A stretch of DNA of 64,000 nucleotides from Oligoflexia bacterium (GTDB taxonomy: Bacteria; Bdellovibrionota; UBA1018). Under the pieces are notes generated by a model. That model did not search any database, was not told the DNA's origin, and saw only the letters and a list, made by a program, of their open reading frames with translations. Below, piece after piece: positions 50,572 through 60,844 of this stretch. Position 1 is the stretch's first letter. Every line of letters starts with the position of its first letter. The position numbers and the translations under genes were made by a program. Location of the stretch: positions 192,001 through 256,000 of the forward strand of contig CAVWVI010000004.1 in the NCBI GenBank assembly GCA_963758495.1, written 5' to 3'.

Positions 50572-51609
50572 ATGGCATCAGAACGTGTTCAGAAAATTTT
50601 AGCTCAAGCCGGTATATCTTCTCGTCGCAAAGCTGAAGATCTCATTAGCAGTGGCGAAGTCACTATTAATGGTAAACTTGCAAAATTAGGAGATAAAGCA
50701 GAGTGGGGAAAAGATGCCATCAAAGTCAAAGGCAAACTCCTCCTGCAATCAGAACCTCTTATTTACCTTGCATTTCATAAGCCCAAAGCCGTGATTTCGA
50801 TGTTATCTGACAGCGAAAACCGTCCTACGTTGGCGGAGTATTTGACTAAAATCAAATCAAGAATATTCCCCATAGGCCGGCTCGACTTTAATAGTGAGGG
50901 CTTGATTCTGCTCACTAATGATGGGGCATTTGCGGAAAAACTCCAGAAAAGCGACCAAGTTCTTCGCACTTATGCGATTAAAGTGAAGGGCCATCCGGAC
51001 AAAGAAATGATTACACGACTCGAGAAGGGTGCATGGATCGGTCATGTCAGAAAAAAATTATTAAAACCCCATTCTGTACGACTCACTGAAGAACTTCCTA
51101 GTAAATCTTTGATTGAAGTTTGCGTTTTAGGGGGAGGTGCATTTGATATGAAAGGCCTTTTTGAGGCTAAAGGATATCTTGTTGAAAAGATTGTCCGAAA
51201 AGCGATTGGTCATATTACCTTAAAAGGACTTCCCTCTGGGCATTTTCGTTATTTAAAAGAGACTCAAGTTCTAGCACTACTCAACCAGCCTGAGTTGGCA
51301 ATGCGTAAACACGAATACGAGATGCAGACTGCAAGACCTATCCCGGTCAAGAGAGTTTTAAAACCAGTATCGAAAATAAGACCGGTAAGCAGCTCTAAAA
51401 AGCCTCAGTTCAAAGATCCTCATTTAAAAATGCCGGTTTTTACTCAAAAACCGCAAACTGAAGAACGTACAACCAGAGTTGATTCTATGAGAAAGCCTCA
51501 AACCCGTACTGCCCGATCTGTTTCTAATAAAAATTCGCAATTTCAAGTTTCTAAACCCAGGCCCGGTTCCTCAAGAAGCACTTCACGAACTCGTACGCCC
51601 AGAAAATAG
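50572..51609 (+). CDS. rluB: 23S rRNA pseudouridine synthase, RluB-like
   Basis: S4 domain ERVQKILAQAG; GRLDFNSEGL; follows scpB. Confidence 0.85.
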   Translation: MASERVQKILAQAGISSRRKAEDLISSGEVTINGKLAKLGDKAEWGKDAIKVKGKLLLQSEPLIYLAFHKPKAVISMLSDSENRPTLAEYLTKIKSRIFPIGRLDFNSEGLILLTNDGAFAEKLQKSDQVLRTYAIKVKGHPDKEMITRLEKGAWIGHVRKKLLKPHSVRLTEELPSKSLIEVCVLGGGAFDMKGLFEAKGYLVEKIVRKAIGHITLKGLPSGHFRYLKETQVLALLNQPELAMRKHEYEMQTARPIPVKRVLKPVSKIRPVSSSKKPQFKDPHLKMPVFTQKPQTEERTTRVDSMRKPQTRTARSVSNKNSQFQVSKPRPGSSRSTSRTRTPRK

Positions 51610-51622
51610 TTACCGAAAATAG

Positions 51623-52645
51623 CTACATCGCACCGAAATGGATCATATCGATGATGGCTTGGATCACTGGGATCGGACACTCCTTTTGCGGTAAATGACC
51701 ACATTGTGGGACTTCTCTCCAAATAGAGGAAGGCATCAAATCTCTCATCTGCTTTCCTATAGAAAGGGGGATCACATGATCTTCCTGTCCCCAAAGAAGG
51801 AGCGTAGGGCGATGCAAGGTAGGAAGTCGTAATTTCAATCCATCGTCTTCGATTTGCATGTCTACGATTTCCTTCGCATGATTCTGCTTTGCCCGCTCTG
51901 CAATCATTTTCCAAACCCGTTCAGGTAGAGTCCGAGGGTGAAAATAAGCTCTTTTTTGAAACTCCTTCAAAGATTCAACTGAGGGCTCTAGGAGCAGCTG
52001 CGCATTTTTGGATTCATCAGGGCTCTTCAGAGTCAGACCAGCCGAGTCCAATAGAATGAGCCTGCTGACCCCTTCAGGCCATTCCAAAGCGAGCCAAGCA
52101 CCAATCCAGCCCCCTAAGCTATTCCCTACCACCACCCATTCTGAGCACATGGACTTCAAAACCTTCTGAAGATTTTGGGCTTGAAGTCGAACTCTATATT
52201 GGGTCGGATCTTGGGGAGGGGGTGTTTGACCCGAACCTGGTAAATCCATCGCAAAAAGACGAAAGGGTTCATTCAAACCCATTTTGCGCCAATTCTCCTC
52301 AGGCCAAAGTAAGAGTTTTTTCCAAGTCTTGGCATCATCACCCAGACCATGAATCAGAGCCACACAAGCGCACCCCTGCCCAGAAAGACGCCCCCCTCCT
52401 GGACAAGTAGTCTCTTGCAGATAACCTTGCAATCCATCGACTTGAACAGTTCTGACCCCTTTCCTCCAATACTCAATACGATCTGAAAGTTGAGAAGCCT
52501 CTAATGGGAAAAAATACATCCCTACAGAATACAAACCTGCCAATCCTGCAAAAAGAGAAGCTCCCAAAGCCCATTTCCGCACACCCTTGTTTAAATGAAT
52601 CAGTCTTTTTATTTTAAGCATTGACTTTTTGATCCCATGAGACAT
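51623..52645 (-). CDS. Alpha/beta hydrolase
   Basis: LIHGLG; GNSLGG nucleophile elbow; WGQED; CGHLP. Confidence 0.9.
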   Translation of the reverse strand: MSHGIKKSMLKIKRLIHLNKGVRKWALGASLFAGLAGLYSVGMYFFPLEASQLSDRIEYWRKGVRTVQVDGLQGYLQETTCPGGGRLSGQGCACVALIHGLGDDAKTWKKLLLWPEENWRKMGLNEPFRLFAMDLPGSGQTPPPQDPTQYRVRLQAQNLQKVLKSMCSEWVVVGNSLGGWIGAWLALEWPEGVSRLILLDSAGLTLKSPDESKNAQLLLEPSVESLKEFQKRAYFHPRTLPERVWKMIAERAKQNHAKEIVDMQIEDDGLKLRLPTLHRPTLLLWGQEDHVIPLSIGKQMRDLMPSSIWREVPQCGHLPQKECPIPVIQAIIDMIHFGAM

Positions 52646-52686
52646 AGAGTAGCCAGGTTCCCAAGTAATTCAAATTACTTTTATGT

Positions 52687-52763
<77 letters not shown>

Positions 52764-52773
52764 ATTAAAAATG

Positions 52774-52812
52774 AAAAAAGCCTGTCGTTTAATTACGATG
52801 GGCTTTTTTTTT
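52774..52812 (+). terminator. Intrinsic terminator after tRNA-fMet
   Basis: AGCCTGTCGT...ACGATGGGCT stem plus poly-T. Confidence 0.75.
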
Positions 52813-52921
52813 GGAACAATATGTTCCGTTTATTCACAAACTTCTAGATAGACGGAACTATGTGAGCAATCATAGAATAAAGTCATGAGTTACAAGCGGC
52901 AAAAACTACTCGGTAAAAATC

Positions 52922-53164
52922 ATGAGCCCCACAGTTTTTAGGTACAAAAATTATCGTTTTTTCTTCTTCTCTCTTGAGGAATCCAGAATGCATATTCACA
53001 TCTCCTCTCCAGATGGCGAAGCTAAATTTTGGATTGAACCCATCGTGGCTCTAGCAGATTATAGCAGTTATTCCGCCAAACAAATTAAGGAACTTCAGAA
53101 AGTGGTGGAAAGTCATGCAAGCGAAATTACAAAAGCATGGAAAAAGCACTTCACAAAACCTTGA
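52922..53164 (+). CDS. DUF4160 family protein (putative TA component)
   Basis: MSPTVFRYKNYRFFFFS.EE.RMHIH; EAKFWIEP; AWKKHF. Confidence 0.85.
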   Translation: MSPTVFRYKNYRFFFFSLEESRMHIHISSPDGEAKFWIEPIVALADYSSYSAKQIKELQKVVESHASEITKAWKKHFTKP

Positions 53165-53384
53165 AATTCAAAATATTTCAAAGTATGGAATCTGGGTACT
53201 TATCTTTAATGAGGAGTTTTTTCTCACCTACGACAAATATCCCTGGTTTCAAAAAGCCACAGTTGAACAAATTTACCATGTGGAACTACATCACGGAAAG
53301 CACCTCTATTGGCCAGATCTTGATATCGACCTTGAACTAGAATCACTCAGATCACCTGAAAAGTACCCGTTGACTTACCGATGA
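53115..53384 (+). CDS. DUF2442 family protein (putative TA partner)
   Basis: YPWF..AT; HLYWPDLDIDL; PEKYPL; overlaps DUF4160. Confidence 0.85.
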   Translation: MQAKLQKHGKSTSQNLEIQNISKYGIWVLIFNEEFFLTYDKYPWFQKATVEQIYHVELHHGKHLYWPDLDIDLELESLRSPEKYPLTYR

Positions 53385-53421
53385 GGCTACCAATTAATAG
53401 AAAAGGCCTCTGAATAAAAGT

Positions 53422-54123
53422 TCAGGGGCTTTTTTTTGGAACCAATGGTTCCGTTGGTCCACAAGGTATAATACCCATCTGCTCGATATGCAAAATCACC
53501 TCGTCGGCCAACGTATCGGCATTCTTTTTTCCAGCTTCTAGAACCAATTCGGGCTTTAACGGTGGCTCGTAAGGATCGCTGATCCCTGTGAAACCAGTCA
53601 GATTTCCAGCTCGGGCTTTCTTGTAGAGCCCCTTGGGGTCCCGTTCTTCGCATACTGCTATTGGAGCATCCACGAAGACCTCAATAAAATCACCTGCCTT
53701 CAGCGTAGCTCTGACGGCATTGCGATCACGTCGGTAGGGGCTGATAAAGGCGGCAAGCGTAATGATTCCAGCCTCACAGAACAGTTTGGCCACTGATCCG
53801 ATGCGACGGATATTTTCTTCTCGGTCCTGAGCAGAGAATCCCAAGCCGAATCTCTTGGAGAATTCCTCGCCATGGTGTTCCTTGAGCATCCCGGGGCCGG
53901 CATTGAGTCCGTAGCGCACATTATCACCATCGAGCAAGTAGCCGTGCAGACCACGCTTGTGTAGCTTGTACTCTACCAGATTGGATACTGTACTCTTGCC
54001 AGAAGCACTCAAGCCCGTGAACCAGATGACGCAACCTCTATGACAGTTGAGCTTTTCGCGCTCGTCTCGTGTAACGCTTTGCTTGTGCCAAACAACATGA
54101 GTATCTCCGGTATCGTCCGCCAT
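53422..54123 (-). CDS. cysC: Adenylyl-sulfate kinase
   Basis: [37 protein letters not shown]. Confidence 0.95.
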   Translation of the reverse strand: MADDTGDTHVVWHKQSVTRDEREKLNCHRGCVIWFTGLSASGKSTVSNLVEYKLHKRGLHGYLLDGDNVRYGLNAGPGMLKEHHGEEFSKRFGLGFSAQDREENIRRIGSVAKLFCEAGIITLAAFISPYRRDRNAVRATLKAGDFIEVFVDAPIAVCEERDPKGLYKKARAGNLTGFTGISDPYEPPLKPELVLEAGKKNADTLADEVILHIEQMGIIPCGPTEPLVPKKSP

Positions 54124-54214
54124 AAAATACCTCGTATTAATTAATTAATTCTATGTGAGTTCCCTATTTTCACATCACTACTTACTGTTTGTATTGCATG
54201 CGAATCTTCTCCAC

Positions 54215-55039
54215 TTATTTAAAGCCAATAACGAAGCTGTCATTTTTTAAAGATTGCTTGTTGTAAGTGAGAGAGGTTGTTCTTTGGCCCACTAAAGATG
54301 AGTTTCGGTAGATACAGTCTCCTGCAGCGACATCCCACTCCATGGTGGGATTCATCCGAGGATAGATGTCCGCAAGCCCTTCCGCGACTAAGCAAAATTT
54401 GAGTGAACTTCCCGCATGAATCCGTTCTTTCACGGAAAAATCTTTTAAGAAATTTTCCAGTTCTTTCGATGGGTGTGATTTGCTCTCGACCACAACCAAA
54501 CCCTGACTCAGATTCGGTAATGAAGAGAATATTCTGGAGGGAAGTCCTTTCCCTTCCTGTTTCCAGCTTCCCAGTCCCTTTGCAGCATAAAACAGTAAGT
54601 TCTTTCCGGGAATATACACTACTCCCAGAATGACTTCTTGATTTTCTATAAGTGCAATATTTACAGTAAATTCGTCACTCCCTTTGAGGAACTCCTTGGT
54701 TCCGTCAAGCGGATCCACCAACCAAAAGCGCGGCCATTTTCTTCTTATTTCGTATTCGGGGACCTGACTTTCTTCTGAAATAATCGGAATTGTCGGACTC
54801 AAAGCCTCGAGTTGACTTATAATGTATTGGTGTGATTCCAAGTCAGCCGCCGTGAGTGGGGATTTATCCTCTTTATGGTTGATGGCAACTGGGTCCCGCT
54901 GGAAATGCTTGAGAATGAGCTTTCCAGCCTCGATTGCTATTGTATTCACTTCTTCAAGGTAATGGAGAGAATCAAATTGCTGATTGCAGAACCCCTCTCC
55001 TTTTAACTCATTTTTTAACTCATTAGTATTAGCGTTCAT
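54215..55039 (-). CDS. cysQ: 3'(2'),5'-bisphosphate nucleotidase
   Basis: SPLTAAD; WLVDPLDGTKEF; GSSLKFC; TMEWDVAAG. Confidence 0.93.
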   Translation of the reverse strand: MNANTNELKNELKGEGFCNQQFDSLHYLEEVNTIAIEAGKLILKHFQRDPVAINHKEDKSPLTAADLESHQYIISQLEALSPTIPIISEESQVPEYEIRRKWPRFWLVDPLDGTKEFLKGSDEFTVNIALIENQEVILGVVYIPGKNLLFYAAKGLGSWKQEGKGLPSRIFSSLPNLSQGLVVVESKSHPSKELENFLKDFSVKERIHAGSSLKFCLVAEGLADIYPRMNPTMEWDVAAGDCIYRNSSLVGQRTTSLTYNKQSLKNDSFVIGFK

Positions 55040-55142
55040 ATTTCACAAATCCTTTTTTTTGAAATTCAAGCGATATTAAAATTCAGCTTATCTTCCTCTG
55101 ATTTCCTCGTGCTATTTCTTAATACCCTATTTTTTCTTAAGT

Positions 55143-55164
55143 GGTTATGTCTGCCGACATAACC
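55143..55164. promoter_or_regulatory. Palindromic operator, copy 1
   Basis: GGTTATGTC-TGCC-GACATAACC upstream of cysQ-cysC. Confidence 0.8.
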
Positions 55165-55235
55165 GTGAGAACACAACAATACGCAAGAAGACTGATTTTT
55201 AAAGTTCTCTAGAGCTATGACATGCATCCTAAAGT

Positions 55236-55562
55236 TTATCCTGGTAGAACTTTCGGCATTGTCATACCCACTACAAAACTTGCTGAGATAATCAGGAGCA
55301 CAACGGCAGCGATCACAGTAAAATGTCGATCACGTTCCCGTACAAATACCACCAGCATCAAACTCACACGTAAAACTGGCAATAGGATAAAAAGTGCGAT
55401 GCCTATTCTTACTACGGTTACGCTAGACAGCCTTGAATGGTCCCAATGAATCGCTTTGAGTAGAAAACCAAATCCAATTACAGCAGAGGCTATGTAAGTT
55501 CCATTTTTTAATAAGTCAGCGAGAATTAATTCGAGCCCTGATGCTTTGATTCTATTACTCAT
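55236..55562 (-). CDS. DUF1634 membrane protein
   Basis: GIALFILLPVLRV...ERD; coupled to the TauE gene. Confidence 0.8.
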   Translation of the reverse strand: MSNRIKASGLELILADLLKNGTYIASAVIGFGFLLKAIHWDHSRLSSVTVVRIGIALFILLPVLRVSLMLVVFVRERDRHFTVIAAVVLLIISASFVVGMTMPKVLPG

Positions 55563-56413
55563 ATTAAACTCCCCACTTTGATACCAAAGCCACAGAAAAT
55601 CATTTGTGTCGCCAGCAATAAAAGCACAAGGACAAATAATAAGCGTATTTTGTCACTTGATACCGACATCAAAATATGAGCCCCCAAGAAAGAGCCTACG
55701 ACGGAACCGAGAGCAACGGGTCCTGCAATAAAGGGTACGATGTCGCCACGCATGAAGTAGGCCCCAGCACTTGCTGCGGCAGTCACCCCAATCATAAAAT
55801 TAGATGTAGCCGAAGAGACTTTAATTGGAAGACGCAATGCTGTATCCATTGCAGGAATTTTGAGTACGCCGCTCCCAATTCCAAGTAATGCTGATATCAA
55901 GCCTGCGCCATACATGAGCACCATTCCGGCTGGGACCCGCTGCACTTGATATTCAACGTCTTTTCCAAGTGTGCGGTCAGGGTAAGTCGCATGCAGCCTG
56001 AAAACGGTACCCCAATCGCCTGGAATAGAAACTATCGGGGTGATTGCCGCTCCACGCTTAATAAACATTTGCTGGGCCGATACCGTCAAGACAACTGCAA
56101 ACAGAAAAAATAAATATGAGACGGGTATGATTCCGGCCAGTAATACTCCACTGAGAGCTCCCAAGGTGGTGGCAGTTTCAAGTAAGATAGCGAGTCGAAT
56201 ATTCGTTAATCTTTCTTTCAGAAAGGGAGCAGCACTGCTACATGAGGAAGCAATCACTGAAACAATACTTGCGCCGATAGCAGTATGAATGTCGATGTGA
56301 CCAAACATTGTCAGAATAGGGACGATGAATATCCCGCCCGCCATTCCAAGCATGCCCCCAAGACCGCTTGCGCCAGCAGACATCGCAAACAACCAAAAAA
56401 AATCGGTATCCAT
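55559..56413 (-). CDS. Sulfite exporter TauE/SafE (TSUP) family
   Basis: GMAGGIFIVP; AIGASIVSVIA; KVSSATSNFMIGVTAA. Confidence 0.9.
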   Translation of the reverse strand: MDTDFFWLFAMSAGASGLGGMLGMAGGIFIVPILTMFGHIDIHTAIGASIVSVIASSCSSAAPFLKERLTNIRLAILLETATTLGALSGVLLAGIIPVSYLFFLFAVVLTVSAQQMFIKRGAAITPIVSIPGDWGTVFRLHATYPDRTLGKDVEYQVQRVPAGMVLMYGAGLISALLGIGSGVLKIPAMDTALRLPIKVSSATSNFMIGVTAAASAGAYFMRGDIVPFIAGPVALGSVVGSFLGAHILMSVSSDKIRLLFVLVLLLLATQMIFCGFGIKVGSLI

Positions 56414-56478
56414 TTAATCTTGTCCCCCTTAAACATCAACCATCAGCTTATTCTCATAGCATCTTTTTTTTAGAGTGT

Positions 56479-56496
56479 TTATGTCCGGCGACATAA
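56479..56496. promoter_or_regulatory. Palindromic operator, copy 2
   Basis: TTATGTC-CGGC-GACATAA in the divergent TauE/sulfotransferase intergenic region. Confidence 0.8.
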
Positions 56497-56595
56497 GAAG
56501 GAATTTGCCACTAGGCTATGTTTCAAAAAGGAGATTATTGAGATGCAAACAATTGTTTGGGTAGATATGCCAGAAATAAAAATCGGAGAATCGAC

Positions 56596-57786
56596 ATGAT
56601 CATCGCCGAACTCGCAACAGTCATTGCGCTCGTAGCTTACGTCTTTTTCCTCGTACTTTCGCCGTTTCCCTACTGGCCGTCCTATCGGGCAGTATTCGCA
56701 AGCGTGACGGCGGCAAAATCGATCACTTTCCGGCAGCGGGCGGTGCTCTACACGTACCTGCTCAAGGACTTGCTTGTTTTTCCAATAATTTCGTTCTTTT
56801 GGCTGGTGGACGAAATCCTGTTCCGAGGCTATCGGAATATCGAGATCAAAGCGCCGGTCTTCATCGTCGGCCAGCCACGTAGCGGAACGACCTTTCTCCA
56901 CCGCACGCTTTCGGCCGACAAGAGTTTCATCTCACTCAAGCACCTTGAGTGGAAGTACCCACTCATCAGTCTATGGAAGCTAATTGACCTATTCCATCTG
57001 CGCTCTCTGATCGAGAAAATGCACTACTGGCCCAACTCCACGGCGGGACGCGTCGCCCGCAAGATGCATGAACACCGCCTCGGCAGCTTCGAGGAGCACG
57101 GCATCTTCTTCGAGGAACGGTTCTACCACCACTATTTTGTCTTTCGCCGGTATCCCTTTCCCGAACTGCTCGGCAAGATCACAGACTTCTCCCACCTGAG
57201 CGAGAGTGCTCGCACTCGGATGATCGACGTGTTTAGACGGGTCGTACAGAAGACGATGTACTACCGCGGGCAAGACCTCCTCTGGTTAACTAAGGAGAAT
57301 GAGAGCATTGAGCTGTACGAGATGATGGGTCGCGCCTTCCCGGGCTCGCGGTTCATCTTCATCGTGCGCGATCCCGGCGAGTGCGTTGACTCGTACATCA
57401 ACCTCTCCAAAACTTCGACCCTGGTAAAGACCTCTATTGAACCGACTACAATCAGGGGTTGGTTTAACGAGAACATCGGATTCCGGCGTAGTGAGTGTAC
57501 AAAGATGGTCGAGTTCTGGGACCGTGTCTCATTGACGAACCCTTCCGTCGCTGTAACTTATAGACAGCTCACCGCCGACATTCCGGGTACAGTGTCGTAT
57601 ATTTATCAACAGCTCGGACTGCACATGAGCAGAGAATACTCCACACACCTTCGCCAGCTCGAAACAATGCAGAATGCGAGGAAGAGCGGCTACAAGAACA
57701 CTCACTACAACACAAGCGGATTCGAATTCTACTCGCGTTTTGTTGCCAAAGTGGAAGAGGTAGACCAAAGTCTACCCACTGGGTGA
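56596..57786 (+). CDS. Membrane-anchored PAPS-dependent sulfotransferase
   Basis: N-terminal TM; IVGQPRSGTTFLHR (5'PSB); IVRDP...S (3'PB); RBS GGAG. Confidence 0.9.
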   Translation: MIIAELATVIALVAYVFFLVLSPFPYWPSYRAVFASVTAAKSITFRQRAVLYTYLLKDLLVFPIISFFWLVDEILFRGYRNIEIKAPVFIVGQPRSGTTFLHRTLSADKSFISLKHLEWKYPLISLWKLIDLFHLRSLIEKMHYWPNSTAGRVARKMHEHRLGSFEEHGIFFEERFYHHYFVFRRYPFPELLGKITDFSHLSESARTRMIDVFRRVVQKTMYYRGQDLLWLTKENESIELYEMMGRAFPGSRFIFIVRDPGECVDSYINLSKTSTLVKTSIEPTTIRGWFNENIGFRRSECTKMVEFWDRVSLTNPSVAVTYRQLTADIPGTVSYIYQQLGLHMSREYSTHLRQLETMQNARKSGYKNTHYNTSGFEFYSRFVAKVEEVDQSLPTG

Positions 57787-57850
57787 AACCATTATTTCCG
57801 AAATGAGCTGCACTGTCACATAATATATGGGTACGACCGTTTAATTTATT

Positions 57851-57872
57851 AGTTATGTCCGCCGACATAACT
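57851..57872. promoter_or_regulatory. Palindromic operator, copy 3
   Basis: AGTTATGTC-CGCC-GACATAACT upstream of the Crp/Fnr gene. Confidence 0.8.
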
Positions 57873-57897
57873 GCTTGTTTCTAATCCTGTTAAGTAT

Positions 57898-58581
57898 TTG
57901 GAAAAGGGGGATGGCCAGTTGTTTAACGCTAGAAATAGTGAATCATTTACCTTCTTCGGTGAAAAGGTCGTTGGGGAGGCTCAGGTGGAGTTGGCGAAAG
58001 GGACGTTCATGCACCCACTCAAACGTGGTGAGACGCTTTATCGGGTCGGTGATGCGCCGACCGGATTCCATTTTATTCAATGCGGCATCATTGGACTCTG
58101 GGCTTCAGGTCCGACTGGAAATGAGTATCTCATTCGACTCGCTAAGACTGGCCAATATGTCGGGCATCGATCACTGTTTGCCGAGGAGGTACACCATGCG
58201 ACAGCGATAGCGTTGGAAGATACGACGATCATCTCAGTATCGAAGGAAGTCATCTTTCACGTGATTCAAATATTTCCTAAGATTTCTTTACTCATCTTGG
58301 AAACGATCGCTAAAGAACTGAAGCACGCAGAGCTGGGTCGTGTTTCCATAGCAGATAAAAACGTGATTGCTCGAGTAGCGGAGAGCGTACTTTATTTGAA
58401 AGAACGATTTCCCGAACATATGTGGACGCGACGTGAGATCGCGGAGTTTTGCGGAAGCACGACTCCAACTGTGATCCGTGCACTAAAGAAGCTTGAGACG
58501 GATGGAATCATCCAGCAAGCTGGCCGTACTATTAAAATCTTAAAAAGGGAAGCGTTACTAGATCTTGCAGCAAGTGAGTAA
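57898..58581 (+). CDS. Crp/Fnr family transcriptional regulator
   Basis: cNMP-like domain KRGETLYRVGD; HTH WTRREIAEFCGSTTPTVIRAL; start uncertain. Confidence 0.9.
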   Translation: MEKGDGQLFNARNSESFTFFGEKVVGEAQVELAKGTFMHPLKRGETLYRVGDAPTGFHFIQCGIIGLWASGPTGNEYLIRLAKTGQYVGHRSLFAEEVHHATAIALEDTTIISVSKEVIFHVIQIFPKISLLILETIAKELKHAELGRVSIADKNVIARVAESVLYLKERFPEHMWTRREIAEFCGSTTPTVIRALKKLETDGIIQQAGRTIKILKREALLDLAASE

Positions 58582-58631
58582 GCGGTTTTTCAAAGTCCCA
58601 ATTAAGTAGGACAATAGTCATTGGAGGAGTC

Positions 58632-59534
58632 ATGATAGCAAGAAGTTTAACACACTTAGAAACGTTAGAGGCTGAATCGATACACATTCTTCGCGAAGTC
58701 GCGGCGGAGTTCGAGCGGCCAGTCCTTTTATTTTCAGCTGGGAAGGACTCGATATGCATGCTCAGGCTGGCAGAGAAAGCCTTTCGCCCGGCCCGCTTTC
58801 CATTTCCCCTCATGCATATCGATACCGAACACAATTTCCCGGAGCTCATCGAGTTCCGAGATAGACGGGCTAAACAGCTCGGTGAAAAACTCATTGTAAG
58901 AAGTGTGGACGACGCAATTGCAAAGGGGATTGCTCGCCCGGCACCAGGAGAGGAAAGCCGCAATCGGCTGCAAATTCCCACCTTGCTTGCGGCGATTGAG
59001 GAATTCCGTTTCGACTGCGCCATTGGTGGGGCACGGCGAGATGAGGAGAAGGCGCGCGCGAAGGAGCGGGTATTTTCGTTCCGTGATGCGTTCGGTCAAT
59101 GGGACCCGAAGAATCAAAGACCGGAGCTTTGGGACCTTTATAATGCGCGAGTGAATCCAGGAGAACACATGCGAGTCTTTCCTTTAAGCAACTGGACTGA
59201 GCTGGATATCTGGGAGTACATCGGTCTTGAGAAACTCGAAGTCCCATCGATCTATTTCAGTCACTCTCGAGAAACTGTGCGGCGTCACGATCAGTGGCTT
59301 CCGGTTAGCCCGCTCTTAACTCTCCGAAAGGGGGAACAATCCCGAATTCTCAAAGTGCGCGTGAGAACTATTGGCGACATGAGTTGTACCGGGTGCGTCG
59401 AGTCAGACGCTAGCGGGATAGATGATATCATTCGAGAAATTTCGGCCGCTCGAGTCACAGAACGGGGAAGCCGAGCGGACGACAAACGATCCGAAACATC
59501 AATGGAAGATCGCAAAAGAGAAGGATATTTTTAA
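58632..59534 (+). CDS. cysD: Sulfate adenylyltransferase subunit 2
   Basis: LEAESIHILRE; SAGKDS; GGARRDEEKARAKER; WDPKNQRPELW. Confidence 0.97.
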   Translation: MIARSLTHLETLEAESIHILREVAAEFERPVLLFSAGKDSICMLRLAEKAFRPARFPFPLMHIDTEHNFPELIEFRDRRAKQLGEKLIVRSVDDAIAKGIARPAPGEESRNRLQIPTLLAAIEEFRFDCAIGGARRDEEKARAKERVFSFRDAFGQWDPKNQRPELWDLYNARVNPGEHMRVFPLSNWTELDIWEYIGLEKLEVPSIYFSHSRETVRRHDQWLPVSPLLTLRKGEQSRILKVRVRTIGDMSCTGCVESDASGIDDIIREISAARVTERGSRADDKRSETSMEDRKREGYF

Positions 59535-60844
59535 TGGAACACTCAATGAAAACCCAAAAAATAACCCAAGAAAAAGTCAAACTTCTTCGCTTCAGTACAG
59601 CAGGAAGTGTGGATGATGGAAAGAGCACGCTCATTGGACGCCTTTTATACGACTCGAAGCTAGTGTTCGAAGATCAGCTCGAGTCACTTCAACGCTCTAG
59701 TGATTTGACTGGAGGAGGAAAGATCAACCTTGCGAATCTGACAGATGGCTTAAGAGCCGAGCGAGAGCAGGGCATTACTATCGATGTCGCCTACCGCTAT
59801 TTTGCAACTCCTCAACGAAAGTTCATCGTTGCAGATACCCCAGGCCATGTTCAATACACACGTAACATGGTGACCGGAGCTTCTACAGCACAAGCGACGA
59901 TTGTTCTGGTTGATGCGCGCCAAGGGGTGATTGAGCAAACTCGTCGTCATGCCTTTATCTCCTCATTGCTACGGGTCCCTCACTTGGTAGTCTGCATTAA
60001 TAAAATGGATCTTGTTAACTATTCACATGAAGTATTCGAAAAAAATCGTCAGGATTTTCTGAAGTTTGCTGACAAGCTCCACTTTCGAAAAATCACATTT
60101 ATTCCGATCAGTGCTCTTTTAGGAGATAGTGTCGTCGAACGTTCCAGCAACATGAAATGGTACAAGGGACCTTCATTGATTGAATACTTGGAACAACTCG
60201 ATATTGACGACGAGGACAAAGGAGATCCTCGATTCTCTGTTCAATATGTCATTCGTCCGAACTCTCCCGACTCCAACGAGAACCATGATTTTCGGGGTTT
60301 TGCGGGAAAAATAGCGTCTGGGAGTTTTAAGATCCATGACCCAGTGATGGTCTTGCCTTCAGGGAAGGTCTCGAAAATAAGTCAAATCCATACACACGAT
60401 GGAAATTTAAATGAGGCATTTGCACCGATGTCGGTGACCCTACTTCTGGAAGATGACGTCGACATCAGTCGGGGCGATATTCTTGTGCATCCGAGTAAAT
60501 TACCGATCATAACGCAAGAGTTTGAGGCTATGATCAGTTGGATGATTGATGAACCGATGCAGCTAGGTCAAAAATTTGCCATAAAACATTTATCAAAAAA
60601 CTCGAGGTGTATTGTGAGTGCAATAGATCACCGAATTGATATGGAAACGCTGGAACCTAACTTTGAAATACAAACTTTGCGTTTGAATGATATCGGTCGA
60701 GTGAAATTCAAAACAATGAAGCCACTAGCCGTCGATCCGTATTCAGTCAATCGCGGAACAGGGCGCTTCATTTTAGTGGATGAAGCGACGAATGCAACAG
60801 TCGGTGCTGGAATGATTTGTGACCTCAATTCTGTTAAACGTTAG
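59534..60844 (+). CDS. cysN: Sulfate adenylyltransferase subunit 1
   Basis: AGSVDDGKSTLIGRLL; EREQGITIDVAY; no fused CysC. Confidence 0.97.
   Translation: MEHSMKTQKITQEKVKLLRFSTAGSVDDGKSTLIGRLLYDSKLVFEDQLESLQRSSDLTGGGKINLANLTDGLRAEREQGITIDVAYRYFATPQRKFIVADTPGHVQYTRNMVTGASTAQATIVLVDARQGVIEQTRRHAFISSLLRVPHLVVCINKMDLVNYSHEVFEKNRQDFLKFADKLHFRKITFIPISALLGDSVVERSSNMKWYKGPSLIEYLEQLDIDDEDKGDPRFSVQYVIRPNSPDSNENHDFRGFAGKIASGSFKIHDPVMVLPSGKVSKISQIHTHDGNLNEAFAPMSVTLLLEDDVDISRGDILVHPSKLPIITQEFEAMISWMIDEPMQLGQKFAIKHLSKNSRCIVSAIDHRIDMETLEPNFEIQTLRLNDIGRVKFKTMKPLAVDPYSVNRGTGRFILVDEATNATVGAGMICDLNSVKR

Noticed and set aside
55143..57872. Palindromes as IS terminal repeats or CRISPR repeats
   Set aside because: Each is a short self-palindrome in a promoter region; no transposase or array; an operator fits better
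56479..59616. Multiple overlapping alternative ORFs in the sulfotransferase and cysD region
   Set aside because: Expected shadows of GC-rich coding sequence; no recognisable motifs
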